A DNA stretch of 64,000 nt from Firmicutes bacterium UBA2203 (GCA_002327235.1 DCUX01000004.1:28020-92019), one strand, 5' to 3'. Counted from the first letter of the stretch, positions 16,780 through 26,218 are shown. Made by a program: numbers and translations. The notes: generated by a model from the letters alone, not told the origin.

Positions 16780-18340
16780 AGCTTTAGCCAGCTTGGAACC
16801 ACAAATTTCCTGTACAGAAGTAATTGAAATTATTCAAGAGCATTTGCCGGCTCTTTATTTTACCTTTGGACGCCGGCGAACTGAAACATTGGCCGATGAA
16901 CTAAGCCGGCAATGGGACTTTCTAAACATGGAGGAAAAAAAGCAAGTCAGACAGCTTATCTGCCAGGCAGAGGAAAAAAATCCTGGTTTATTTTACTTGC
17001 GGCGGGAAAATTTGCGCCGGTTTCTCTACCAAGGTATTGGCTATCACCACGCCGGCTTATCGCCCGCCCTGAAGGATTTAGTGGAGCGGCTTTATGAGTC
17101 CCGTTTGATTTACGTTTTGTTTTGTACGGAAACTTTTGCCGTAGGTGTTAATTTTCCAGCCGCCAGCACCGTTTTCGATTCTTGCCGGAAATGGGACGGC
17201 CGGGTGTTTCGCAATTTGCATAACCGGGAGTTTTTTCAAATGGCTGGCCGCTCCGGGCGGCGGGGCTATGATGAAACAGGACAGGTGTTTGTTTGTCTTG
17301 ACCAGCGTTTTCCAGAGCAAACGGCTTTTTACGAGGAAGACAAAATGGAACCGGTTCAGGGTCGCCTAATGATTACTCCTAACACGGTTTTAAACCTTTT
17401 GCACTGGAAAAACGGGGCGGAAATTAAAACGTTTTTAGAAAAAAACCTGGCGACTTACCAAAACAATAAAGAAATGAGGCATATAAAACAGGAAATATTT
17501 AAGTTGGAAGCTGAATTGGTTAAGCAAGAAGGGGTTTTTTGTGCGGTCCGCCGGACCCCCGCCTGTCAGCTCGAACGCTTAAAACTAAGGCAGGAATTAA
17601 ATTACCTCTCCCGGCGCAAAAACAGGCATTCCCTTATGGCTAAGGAAAGGAAGAAGGAGATTTTTTCTCTCTTAAAGATTGAGCGCCAAAAATGTAACGA
17701 TAAAAAGTGCCGTCAAAACGAGAAGAAAATAAAAAAAATTAACGAAAAAATAAGCTTCTTTAACCGGCAAGCAAATTACCTGAGCAAAAATAGCCGGGAA
17801 TATGAGCAGGAATTTGCGCAAGTACTAGAACTACTGCAGCGGTTGGGTTTTATTAAAGGCCGGGAGTTGCTGCCGCGCGGATTGTTTGCTTTAAATATTC
17901 ATGTTCAAGAAATTTTAGTTACGGAGTTAATTTTTTCCGGCCTTCTTTTAGAGGTGCCTTCGGCTGAAGCAGCGGCTATTCTGGCTGGGATAGATTATCA
18001 GCCTGGACGCGATGAAAGAGTGGTAAAAGGAAATATTCCGCTAAAACAAATGACGACCCTAAAAAATCACCTTTTAAACTATGGAGTACCGGAGCATTTT
18101 TGTTTATGGTCACCGCTGCCGGGGCCGCTGGCCTGCGCCTGGTACGAGGGCGCTTCCTTTGCTGCTTTGCTGCAGTTAAGTAACCTGCAGGAGGGGGACA
18201 TTTTCTCTTTACTTAGACGGGAAATAGACCTTTTGCGGCAGATAGAAAGAGCCGCCGGTAATGACCCTGTGGTAACCCAGTTTGCCCAAAACCTCCGTTA
18301 TAAATTAGACCGCGACGAAGTGGCCATTACGGGACTTTAA
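16757..18340 (+). CDS. Ski2/HelY-like helicase, C-terminal half (RecA2, arch-like insert, DSHCT-like end)
   Basis: GIGYHHAGL, FAVGVNFPA and QMAGRSGRRG, then a Lys-rich coiled region and a DSHCT-like C-terminus. It is in the +1 frame relative to the N half. ATG 16772 is preceded by GAGGGA. Confidence 0.7.
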   Translation: MRERRMNKALASLEPQISCTEVIEIIQEHLPALYFTFGRRRTETLADELSRQWDFLNMEEKKQVRQLICQAEEKNPGLFYLRRENLRRFLYQGIGYHHAGLSPALKDLVERLYESRLIYVLFCTETFAVGVNFPAASTVFDSCRKWDGRVFRNLHNREFFQMAGRSGRRGYDETGQVFVCLDQRFPEQTAFYEEDKMEPVQGRLMITPNTVLNLLHWKNGAEIKTFLEKNLATYQNNKEMRHIKQEIFKLEAELVKQEGVFCAVRRTPACQLERLKLRQELNYLSRRKNRHSLMAKERKKEIFSLLKIERQKCNDKKCRQNEKKIKKINEKISFFNRQANYLSKNSREYEQEFAQVLELLQRLGFIKGRELLPRGLFALNIHVQEILVTELIFSGLLLEVPSAEAAAILAGIDYQPGRDERVVKGNIPLKQMTTLKNHLLNYGVPEHFCLWSPLPGPLACAWYEGASFAALLQLSNLQEGDIFSLLRREIDLLRQIERAAGNDPVVTQFAQNLRYKLDRDEVAITGL

Positions 18341-18412
18341 GAAGTAATATTAATGGTAAGGGATTTAAAACTCTATTTCAGGAGTTTTTGGTCGGTCTGT
18401 CCGGCAGCCAAT

Positions 18413-19276
18413 TTACCCCCCCCGTTTCGGCAACTTTACTTCAAAGGTTACTGGTGGAGAGGAGACCGTAATTTTACCATCATTAAAATCAACAATATTT
18501 TTAACAATAAATAAACCCATTCCCCGTCCTTCGCCTTTCGTAGTAAATCCAGGATCAAATATAGTCTGTTTCATTTCTGGGCAAATCTCAGGCCCGGTAT
18601 TAGTTAGCTTAATACCGTAATAAGATTCATCGTCATATATTTCCAGTTTAACCTGCCGTTGGTCAGGAGGCAGCGGAGCTACTGCTTCAAAGGCATTATC
18701 TATTAGATTCCCTAAAATACGATTTAAGTCATAAACAGAAGCCCTAAGGTACGTTAAATCAGTTTGAATATTTAACTCAAAGGCAATTTCTTTGTTGCGC
18801 GCTTGAACTATTTTTCTTTGGAGGAGAGCATTTACCTCGGGTTTTTTTAAAAACATGATTTGGGAAGCAAAGTGCGCTTCGGAGACAATTTCAGTTAAAT
18901 ATTCACTGGCCGCTTCAGTATGACCAATTTGAAGCAAGCCATAAATAGTTTGGATGTGATTTAGATAGTCATGACGTTGGGCACGAACATAATTATTAAA
19001 GTCATTTAAAACCTTTAGTTTTTCTTCTTGTATTTCAAGCTGGTTTTTTTGCTGCCGGTTTAATTTGATTATTTTTAGGGTTTCTAAAGTAAAAAAGAGG
19101 TTAGACAGAATTAGAACAAGGATTATGATTGCCCATTTTAACGCTAAGATTTGAGCAAAAAAGCTAAAATATAGGGTGATGATGAAAACAGCTAAGGCTT
19201 GCCCCCCAAAAAAAGTTACGGGTGTTCTTAGCCAAGGTAATTTTCTCAAAAAAACCAGCCCTTCTTGTTGTGTCAA
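18413..19276 (-). CDS. orphan sensor histidine kinase (SpoOB-type helical phosphoacceptor region plus GHKL ATPase)
   Basis: 287 aa. Two N-terminal TM helices, RAQRHDYLNHIQTIYGLLQ, DNAFEA and TKGEGRGMGL. No response regulator is adjacent. Confidence 0.75.
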   Translation of the reverse strand: MTQQEGLVFLRKLPWLRTPVTFFGGQALAVFIITLYFSFFAQILALKWAIIILVLILSNLFFTLETLKIIKLNRQQKNQLEIQEEKLKVLNDFNNYVRAQRHDYLNHIQTIYGLLQIGHTEAASEYLTEIVSEAHFASQIMFLKKPEVNALLQRKIVQARNKEIAFELNIQTDLTYLRASVYDLNRILGNLIDNAFEAVAPLPPDQRQVKLEIYDDESYYGIKLTNTGPEICPEMKQTIFDPGFTTKGEGRGMGLFIVKNIVDFNDGKITVSSPPVTFEVKLPKRGG

Positions 19277-19461
19277 ATAAAGGTATGGATGATTATGTAT
19301 ATATTTCGCTAAATTTTAAGTAAAACCTTTATATGTCTTAAATATTTATAACTTTATCTTTCAACAAATTAGGCTAAATTCTGACAGAGCTTTTAAAAGT
19401 GAAATTAATAAAAAACCTTTAGGGAGGGCAAACTTTCTTAAAAGGGGGTTTAAGGGAGATA

Positions 19462-19728
19462 ATGGAACAAAATAAATTTTTCTGGGGGGCCTCTTTGGGG
19501 CTCTTTCTTGGAATGGTGGTTTTTGGAGTTCAGGCATCCCTTGGAGCGCTGAATGAAGCTTTACAGTTAAAAGAGCCGCTTAAGTTCGGCCAGATAAAAA
19601 AAATGTCTTCCGGCGTGTATCAAATAAAATTACTAGGTAAAAGCGGGACTATTTATTTACCGGAAAAAAAATTTAAATCATTGCTTAAAAATAAAGACTA
19701 TGATATAAGAAAATCATTAAAAAATTAA
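19462..19728 (+). CDS. hypothetical small protein with an N-terminal hydrophobic segment
   Basis: 88-aa ORF with GGGAG upstream and one TM or signal-like helix. No family recognised. Confidence 0.5.
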   Translation: MEQNKFFWGASLGLFLGMVVFGVQASLGALNEALQLKEPLKFGQIKKMSSGVYQIKLLGKSGTIYLPEKKFKSLLKNKDYDIRKSLKN

Positions 19729-19797
19729 AATAGCCCAAAACGGAGGAGACAAAAGACAAAGGGGGTGGCTTCTTTGTCTAAAAAATTGAGTTAAGGA

Positions 19798-21303
19798 GTG
19801 ACCTTTTGTTTGTTATACGAAAGTACCAGGGGAAAAATTCATTCTTTTAGCGCCCCTAAAGCAATTAAGTTAGGAATGGCTCCTGACGGAGGACTCTTTG
19901 TGCCCGCTGAACCGGTCCAGATAACTAAACAACAGCTTAATAGTTTAGTTGGTGTAAGTTATCAAGAAAAGGCTTTTTATATCTTAAATTTATTTTTGAC
20001 AGATTTTACCGCGGCCCAACTAAAGGAAAGCATCACTAGGGCTTATCACCAAAAAAATTTCCCCGGTCCTAAAATTGCTCCCGTAAAAAAATTAAACGCT
20101 GAGCTCTACCTTTTAGAATTATGGCACGGGCCTACGGCAGCTTTTAAAGACTTTGCCTTGCAAATATTGCCTTATCTTCTTCGCCACGCGGTGGCTAAAA
20201 CAGGAGCAGATAAAAAAATAGCTATTTTGGTTGCCACCTCAGGAGACACCGGAAAGGCGGCCTTGGAAGGATTTAAGGACGTTGAGGGGACAAAGATTAT
20301 TGTTTTTTACCCGGTCGAAGGGGTCAGTAAAATACAAGAGTTGCAAATGGTTACCCAGGAAGGAAGCAATGTTCAAGTGGTGGCCGTAAGGGGTAATTTT
20401 GACCAGACCCAAAGAGGGGTAAAGGAAATTTTTAGAGAAAGTCCTTATTTGCTTCCTAAAATTACCTATTGTTTTTCTTCGGCCAACTCTATTAACTGGG
20501 GAAGACTGGTACCGCAAATTGTTTATTATTTTTCGGCTTACCTGGATTTACAAAAACAGGGGGAAATAGCTCCTTCAGAAGAAATAAATTTTGTGGTTCC
20601 AACTGGAAATTTTGGTAATATTTTAGCCGCTTTTTACGCCAGGCAAATGGGTTTACCCATTCGAAAATTAATTTGCGCCACCAACCAAAATAACGTGCTG
20701 ACCGATTTTATCCGTACCGGATTTTATGACTGCAACCGGATTTTTTACCAAACCATTTCCCCCTCTATGGATATTCTAGTGGCCAGCAACCTGGAACGCT
20801 TACTTTACGAGGTTACCGGTCATGAAGCGGTTAAAGTAGAAAAATGGATGACCGATTTACAGGAAAAAGGCTGCTTTCGGGTGGATGAGGAAGTTTTAGA
20901 AAAAATAAAAGCTATTTTTTGGTCTGATTTTGCCGCGGATGAGGAAACATTAACCACTATTAGGGATACTTACCGGCAGTATAATTATATTTTGGACCCT
21001 CATACCGCGGTAGGCAAAAATGTCCACGCTAAGTATTTATCCCAAACCGGCGACACAATCAAAACAGTTCTTGTCTCTACGGCCAGCCCTTTTAAATTTT
21101 GCCCCCACGTGGTTAAAGCAATTTTGGGTGAGAAAGCAACCCAAAATAAAAGTGCTTTTGAGTTATTAGATGTATTGGCCCGGGCTACTAGTTTAGAAAT
21201 TCCACCCGGACTAAAAAATTTGCCTCAAAAAGCGGTTCGGCATACCTTAGTTATAGACCCGGCCGGGATGAAGCAGACGGTAATTAACAGCTTAACTTCA
21301 TAA
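19798..21303 (+). CDS. thrC: threonine synthase (long form)
   Basis: 501 aa. The N-terminal YESTRG motif suggests a TTG 19810 start. PLP-lysine context TAAFKDFALQ. Confidence 0.92.
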   Translation: MTFCLLYESTRGKIHSFSAPKAIKLGMAPDGGLFVPAEPVQITKQQLNSLVGVSYQEKAFYILNLFLTDFTAAQLKESITRAYHQKNFPGPKIAPVKKLNAELYLLELWHGPTAAFKDFALQILPYLLRHAVAKTGADKKIAILVATSGDTGKAALEGFKDVEGTKIIVFYPVEGVSKIQELQMVTQEGSNVQVVAVRGNFDQTQRGVKEIFRESPYLLPKITYCFSSANSINWGRLVPQIVYYFSAYLDLQKQGEIAPSEEINFVVPTGNFGNILAAFYARQMGLPIRKLICATNQNNVLTDFIRTGFYDCNRIFYQTISPSMDILVASNLERLLYEVTGHEAVKVEKWMTDLQEKGCFRVDEEVLEKIKAIFWSDFAADEETLTTIRDTYRQYNYILDPHTAVGKNVHAKYLSQTGDTIKTVLVSTASPFKFCPHVVKAILGEKATQNKSAFELLDVLARATSLEIPPGLKNLPQKAVRHTLVIDPAGMKQTVINSLTS

Positions 21304-21364
21304 TTTCTGCTTGTTTTGGCTATCCTACCTCCTAAGGACGTATTCGTTAAACGGGGGAAAAAGG

Positions 21365-23170
21365 ATGGCTTTTAAATCAAGCCTCAAAGAGTTGCTTACT
21401 TTTCAAGCACCCGTAGAAAAAACCGGGGAACAAGAAACACCGCCAGGACAACCAGGACAAAAAGAAAAAAAAGAGCAGCCGGAAGAAAGAAAAAGAAACA
21501 AAAAAGAGCCTGAGTTAATACCCCTATCCTCCTCTCCTGAAAAACCCTCCCGGGTGCCCAAAAACCGTTTTCGTCGTCCGGTAAGGGCGGCAGCCTGGCC
21601 CAAGGTTCACGCGCCTAAAACAAAAAACGAAACAACTCAAAAGAAAATAGCAGCCAGTCTTAAGGTAAATATTACCCGGTTAAAGGAAATTTTTCACTTG
21701 CCCCAAAACAGGGACATTGTTTTTCGTGATTTTTCCATTGGGACAAACCCGCCGGTAACCGCCGCCCTTATTTTTGTTGACGGTTTAACCGACCGTAACT
21801 TACAGAATAGCCATGTTTTAGAGCCCTTAATGCTTTTATCCCGTTTGCGTTTAGACCCTGGTCCCACTTTACTGGAAACCGTCATGACCCGTCTTTTACC
21901 TGGCAATCAGGCTGAAACAACCGATGACCTTAACACGGTAGTTGACGCTATTTTAGATGGTTCAACGGCTATTTTAATTGATTTTTGTCCTAAGGCAATT
22001 TTTGTAGAAACAAAAGGATGGGAACACCGTACGGTTAGCCAGCCAACTGCGGAACTGGTCATCCGGGGTCCTCAGGAAGGTTTTACCGAAACCTTGCGGG
22101 TTAATACGGCTTTAATCCGCCGTTCATTGCACTCTCCTGATTTGGTGACCGAGTTTATTAAAGTAGGCCGTCTTAACCGGCTTAACTGCGCCGTAATGTA
22201 CGTTAAAGGTTTAACCGACCCTAAACTGGCGGGGGAAGTTAAAAACCGCCTTAGCCACCTGGCTACTGATTACGTAGGGGAAAGCGGTGTTTTAGAGCAG
22301 TTTATTGAGGACAATACCTTTGGTTTTGTGCCCCAAATCCTGACCACCGAAAGACCGGATCGCGTAGTGGCCGGACTTACCGAAGGCCAGGCGGCCCTTT
22401 TGCTGGAAGGAAACCCCTTTGCTTTACTTGTTCCAGCCACCTTTTTTACTCTTTTTCACACGGCCGAAGACGCTTATATTCGCTGGCCTTACGGAACTAT
22501 TTTAAGATTTATCCGTTTGTTTGGGTTTTTTATGGCTATCTTCCTTCCCGGTATTTATATAGCCATTATTGGTTACCACCACGAAATGATTCCCACGGAT
22601 TTGCTCATGTCTATTGCCGCCGCCCGGGAAAATGTTCCTTTTCCTTCGGTGGTGGAATTAGTAGTCATGGAGATTATTTTTGAACTTATCCGGGAGGCAG
22701 GTATTCGCATTCCCGGTTTAATTGGCCCTACCTTAAGTATTGTCGGGGCGTTGATTTTAGGTCAGGCGGCGGTGGCCGCAAATATTATCAGCCCTATTTT
22801 AATTATCGTGGTGGCCATTACGGCTATTGGCAGTTTTGCCGTACCCAATTATATTCTTACTTTTAGCGTTCGCCTGCTGCAATTTATTTATATCTTCTTA
22901 GGAGCAGTTTTTGGGGTTTGGGGATTGGTAGTAGGGGTTTATATCCAGCTTCTCCTTTTGGCCGGGATTAAATCCTTTGGCGTACCCTTTTTAGCCCCCC
23001 TAGCTACAATTAAACAGGCCACCGCCGACGTACTCATCAGAGGGCCGGTATGGAAGCAAGAAGAGCGTCCAGGTTTTCTTAAGCCCCAGCGTAAACAAAG
23101 GCAGCCTAAAGTAAGCCGTAAATGGTTACATCAGCCAAAAAAGGGGAGTTCTAATGCACCAGGAAAGTAA
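21365..23170 (+). CDS. spore germinant receptor subunit A (GerA/GerK family)
   Basis: GerAA-type soluble domain plus a C-terminal multi-TM region. ATG 21365 is preferred to the track start at 21311. It has a roughly 100-aa K/E/P-rich N-terminal extension. Confidence 0.88.
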   Translation: MAFKSSLKELLTFQAPVEKTGEQETPPGQPGQKEKKEQPEERKRNKKEPELIPLSSSPEKPSRVPKNRFRRPVRAAAWPKVHAPKTKNETTQKKIAASLKVNITRLKEIFHLPQNRDIVFRDFSIGTNPPVTAALIFVDGLTDRNLQNSHVLEPLMLLSRLRLDPGPTLLETVMTRLLPGNQAETTDDLNTVVDAILDGSTAILIDFCPKAIFVETKGWEHRTVSQPTAELVIRGPQEGFTETLRVNTALIRRSLHSPDLVTEFIKVGRLNRLNCAVMYVKGLTDPKLAGEVKNRLSHLATDYVGESGVLEQFIEDNTFGFVPQILTTERPDRVVAGLTEGQAALLLEGNPFALLVPATFFTLFHTAEDAYIRWPYGTILRFIRLFGFFMAIFLPGIYIAIIGYHHEMIPTDLLMSIAAARENVPFPSVVELVVMEIIFELIREAGIRIPGLIGPTLSIVGALILGQAAVAANIISPILIIVVAITAIGSFAVPNYILTFSVRLLQFIYIFLGAVFGVWGLVVGVYIQLLLLAGIKSFGVPFLAPLATIKQATADVLIRGPVWKQEERPGFLKPQRKQRQPKVSRKWLHQPKKGSSNAPGK

Positions 23171-24248
23171 AATAGGGCTAAAAGAGGCCATTATGCTGGT
23201 TACAATGGCGTTAATTACTGAGTTATTTCTTACCTTTCCGGCCGTTTTAGGCCATAAAGGACAGACGGCCGCCTGGCTAGTTCTTCTGGTAGCCACTTTA
23301 GTAGCCCTGGTTGCTTTTCTTCCCACGGCAATTTTACTGGAAAGGTATCCTGAGAAGACCATTATTGAAATTGGGGAAGAGTTGTTGGGTCCTATAGGCA
23401 ACGCTTTTTTTGCCCTAATTATTTTCCTTACTTTTCTAGTTATTACCAGTTTAATCTTACGTCAATATGCGGAACGCACCCTAACCGTAAGCTTAAATAA
23501 TTTACCTATAAGCGTAGCGATGGTGATGTTTTTAATTGGGGCGGCCGTAGCCTGCTACCTTGGTTTGGAAGCCATAAACCGCAGTGTTTGGATAGCTGGC
23601 TTCATTATTGTTTTTTTGCTTCTTTTGGTGCAATTTTTGCCTTTTCCTTATTGGCAAACGGATTACCTTTTTCCTTTAGGGGGCTTGGGTTTAAAAGAAA
23701 TGCTCTTTGAGGGCTTAAAAAGAAGTTCTCTTTTTGCGGAGGTGCTCATGCTGGCGATAATTTATCCCTCTTTGCCTAAAGGCGCCGTGCGTTCAGTAGG
23801 TTTAACCGGTCTTTTTCTAAGCGGTTTAATAATGGCCCTTACCATTTTCACCACCCAACTAGTTTTCCCGGTTCAAGTATTTCAGGAAATGTCTTTGCCC
23901 ACCTTTGAAACTTCCCGAATAATCTATTTTGGCCGCTTTATCCAGCGGTTAGAATCAATTTTTGTTCCCCTATGGGTTTTTGCCGGCTTAATTAAAGTTA
24001 GTCTTGGTTGCTATCTAATGTGTCTTATTCTTACCCAGTGGTTAAAACTACCTTATTACCGCCCCTTTATTTTACCGGTGGTGGTAATTACAATGGCTGC
24101 CGCCTTTATTCCGGCTAACGTTAGTGAGGCCGTATGGGTAGATACGCAAATTGTGCGGGTTTTTGGGGCCATTCCAGCTTTTGGCCTGCCATTCTTATTG
24201 CTTCTCCTTGCTTTTTGGCGGCAAAGGCAAAGGGGCCAGGTAAAATGA
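23154..24248 (+). CDS. spore germinant receptor subunit B (amino-acid-permease-like)
   Basis: 364-aa protein with about 10 TM helices. It overlaps the A subunit stop and the C subunit start. Confidence 0.88.
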   Translation: MHQESKIGLKEAIMLVTMALITELFLTFPAVLGHKGQTAAWLVLLVATLVALVAFLPTAILLERYPEKTIIEIGEELLGPIGNAFFALIIFLTFLVITSLILRQYAERTLTVSLNNLPISVAMVMFLIGAAVACYLGLEAINRSVWIAGFIIVFLLLLVQFLPFPYWQTDYLFPLGGLGLKEMLFEGLKRSSLFAEVLMLAIIYPSLPKGAVRSVGLTGLFLSGLIMALTIFTTQLVFPVQVFQEMSLPTFETSRIIYFGRFIQRLESIFVPLWVFAGLIKVSLGCYLMCLILTQWLKLPYYRPFILPVVVITMAAAFIPANVSEAVWVDTQIVRVFGAIPAFGLPFLLLLLAFWRQRQRGQVK

Positions 24249-25501
24249 AGCGGAAATTTTGCCTGTTTTTGCTTATTTGTTTACTGTTTCAGACCGGGTG
24301 TTGGGGTTTTCGGGAAGTAGATGAAGAAGCTTTTATCATGATTTTAGGGCTGGACAAAGGAAAAGAAAATTTGCTTGTTTTAACGGCGCAAATTGCGGTC
24401 CCGCGCGGTATGGGCGGCGGAGGAATGGGCCAGGGAGGGGGTAGCACCTCCGGCGGGCAGGCAAAGCCAACCATGGCTATAACGGTAGAGTGCCGTTCAA
24501 TTTTGGCCGGTTTAAATATGCTTAACGCTACTTTAGAAAGAAAGCCTTCCTTAGCCCACCTAAAGGTAGTTGTAGTTTCTGAAGAACTAGCCCGTCAGGG
24601 AATAAAAGCTTATTTAACCCAATTATTACGTTATTTCGAATTTCGGCGCAGCACTTTTTTGGTGGTTTCCCGCGGGCCGGCTCAAAAACTGATTAAACAG
24701 TTTCAACCAATAATGGAAAATAACCCGGCCAAATTTGCCGAACTTTTTATGGGCAGTCAGCATTACGTGGGTTTTATTCCTTTTGGGCAAGTTCACCACT
24801 TTTATAATGATCTAAGGTCAAACGCCGTGCAGCCGGTAGCCATGCTGGTTAGTTTAAAAGAAAAGCCGCCGGAGAATATACCGGCCGAAGAAGAACAATT
24901 TTCGGAGGGCCAATTTTATGCCGGCCAGTCGCCGCTTAAAGGAGGCAATAATATTGAGCTAATGGGTACGGCTGTTTTTTATCAGGACCGGATGGTGGGG
25001 GTACTAAACGGGGAAGAAACATTAATTTTAAACTTGTTACGTGGTTGGCTCAAACAAACGTTATTAACCATTCCTGACCCGGCCAACCCGAAATATTCGA
25101 TCTCCTTAAGAATAAAAATGGAAAGAAAACCTAAACTGAAAGTTACTTTAAGCCGGGGAGGGCCCAAAATCTACGTAAGAATATCTTTAGATGGGGAAAT
25201 TATTTCCACCCAAAGCAGCATAAATTACGGAAGTCCGGCTAAATTATCTTTACTAGAAGAAGAGTTAAATAAATTGCTGACTGAAAAAACCCAAAACTTA
25301 ATCGCTAAAACTCAGGATGAAATGCAGGCTGATATATTTGGCTTTGGAAACAAGGCCAGGCATTTGGTGGCTACCTGGCCCAAGTGGCAAAAGTTAAACT
25401 GGCCGGAACTTTTCCCTCAGGCCCAAACCGGCGTAATCGTAAAAATCCACCTCAGGCGCTTTGGCTTGTTAAGAAATATTAATCCTACCGGAGCACCGTA
25501 A
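24245..25501 (+). CDS. spore germinant receptor subunit C (lipoprotein)
   Basis: ATG 24245 (ATGA overlap with subunit B) gives MKRKFCLFLLICLLFQTGCW with a lipobox Cys. GerAC-family body. Confidence 0.88.
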   Translation: MKRKFCLFLLICLLFQTGCWGFREVDEEAFIMILGLDKGKENLLVLTAQIAVPRGMGGGGMGQGGGSTSGGQAKPTMAITVECRSILAGLNMLNATLERKPSLAHLKVVVVSEELARQGIKAYLTQLLRYFEFRRSTFLVVSRGPAQKLIKQFQPIMENNPAKFAELFMGSQHYVGFIPFGQVHHFYNDLRSNAVQPVAMLVSLKEKPPENIPAEEEQFSEGQFYAGQSPLKGGNNIELMGTAVFYQDRMVGVLNGEETLILNLLRGWLKQTLLTIPDPANPKYSISLRIKMERKPKLKVTLSRGGPKIYVRISLDGEIISTQSSINYGSPAKLSLLEEELNKLLTEKTQNLIAKTQDEMQADIFGFGNKARHLVATWPKWQKLNWPELFPQAQTGVIVKIHLRRFGLLRNINPTGAP

Positions 25502-25517
25502 AAAAGGGGGAAAAAGA

Positions 25518-25694
25518 GTGATTATTTGGTTTTTGCTGTTTTTCTTACTGCTGCTCACCTATTACCTGGCTACTTACAGTCGCTGGGCCTGGCAGCATAA
25601 CCACAAAAGAGGGGCGGTAGGCATAATTATAGTAGCTTTATTTACCCTGGTTTTACCGGTTGCGGTTTGGGCTTATCATAACTGGGTCCGGTAA
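25518..25694 (+). CDS. small two-TM protein, putative germinant receptor D-type subunit (absent from the ORF track)
   Basis: 58-codon ORF: MIIWFLLFFLLLLTYYLATYSRWAWQHNHKRGAVGIIIVALFTLVLPVAVWAYHNWVR. The GTG follows AAGGGGGA. Its position mirrors 42058-42279 in the second ger operon. Confidence 0.5.
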   Translation: MIIWFLLFFLLLLTYYLATYSRWAWQHNHKRGAVGIIIVALFTLVLPVAVWAYHNWVR

Positions 25695-25759
25695 AAGGAA
25701 CATTTTAAAAGCTAACCCCATAATATGGTATATAAATATAAAAAGGGGGATTTTAGAAT

Positions 25760-25876
25760 ATGGATTTAAACCTCGAAAGCAGCTCCAGTGGCCTTTGGTT
25801 TATTTTAATCCTGGTAGTTATCTTTTTGTTGCTTTGTGGAGGCGGTATTTTAGGCCAGGGTAAAACTGAAGAATAA
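25760..25876 (+). CDS. tiny TM peptide, YjcZ-like sporulation-type small protein (38 aa)
   Basis: MDLNLESSSSGLWFILILVVIFLLLCGGGILGQGKTEE. AGGGGG lies 10 nt upstream. A Ser/Gly stretch is followed by one very hydrophobic helix. Confidence 0.4.
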   Translation: MDLNLESSSSGLWFILILVVIFLLLCGGGILGQGKTEE

Positions 25877-25909
25877 TTAAAAAATTTAAGAAGAAAGGAG
25901 GCAGTTTTG

Positions 25910-25993
25910 ATGCTTGACATTAAGAATATGGAAGCAAGTGGCGGGTGGCTGATTATTTTAATTATCATTATCCTGCTTATTTTAATTCTGTAA
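25910..25993 (+). CDS. tiny TM peptide (27 aa), paralogue-like of 25760-25876
   Basis: MLDIKNMEASGGWLIILIIIILLILIL. A strong SD AAAGGAGG lies at 25893-25900. Confidence 0.4.
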   Translation: MLDIKNMEASGGWLIILIIIILLILIL

Positions 25994-26038
25994 GGTAGGG
26001 GTACAAAAGAACAAAGACACAGAGCAGTATGGGTTATT

Positions 26039-26075
26039 AAGGAAGCGGAGGGACGTCATTTTGCTTCCCCTCTTT
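26039..26075 (+). terminator. family E hairpin (GGAAGC ... ACGTC ... GCTTCC) followed by a T-rich tract
   Basis: GGAAGC at 26041-26046 pairs with GCTTCC at 26063-26068. TCTTTAATAAAAAATTTT lies downstream. Confidence 0.4.
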
Positions 26076-26118
26076 AATAAAAAATTTTACGCCCATATTT
26101 TTTCGACATATTTAAGCT

Positions 26119-26155
26119 AAGGGGTATTGTAAAATTACCCCTTCTATTTTTATAA
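26119..26155 (+). terminator. rho-independent terminator
   Basis: AAGGGGTA (26119-26126) pairs with TACCCCTT (26136-26143). CTATTTTTATAATTTT follows. Confidence 0.7.
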
Positions 26156-26218
26156 TTTTATGCTATGATATAGTAATAATTTTTTTATAGGCTAATTAAC
26201 AGGCCAATTAAGTCAGAG

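Noticed and set aside
24400-24470. Gly-rich inserts (GMGGGGMGQGGGSTSGG here, FGGGGMGGGPGGGAAM at about 43270-43340) in both GerxC lipoproteins
   Set aside because: They fall in a loop that is variable among GerAC-family proteins. This is probably low-complexity linker variation, noted but not treated as a finding.
25660-25968. Track ORFs 25660-25863 (+) and 25753-25968 (-)
   Set aside because: They have no SD and their composition is odd. The region is better explained by two SD-preceded tiny-TM ORFs and the end of the D-like ORF.
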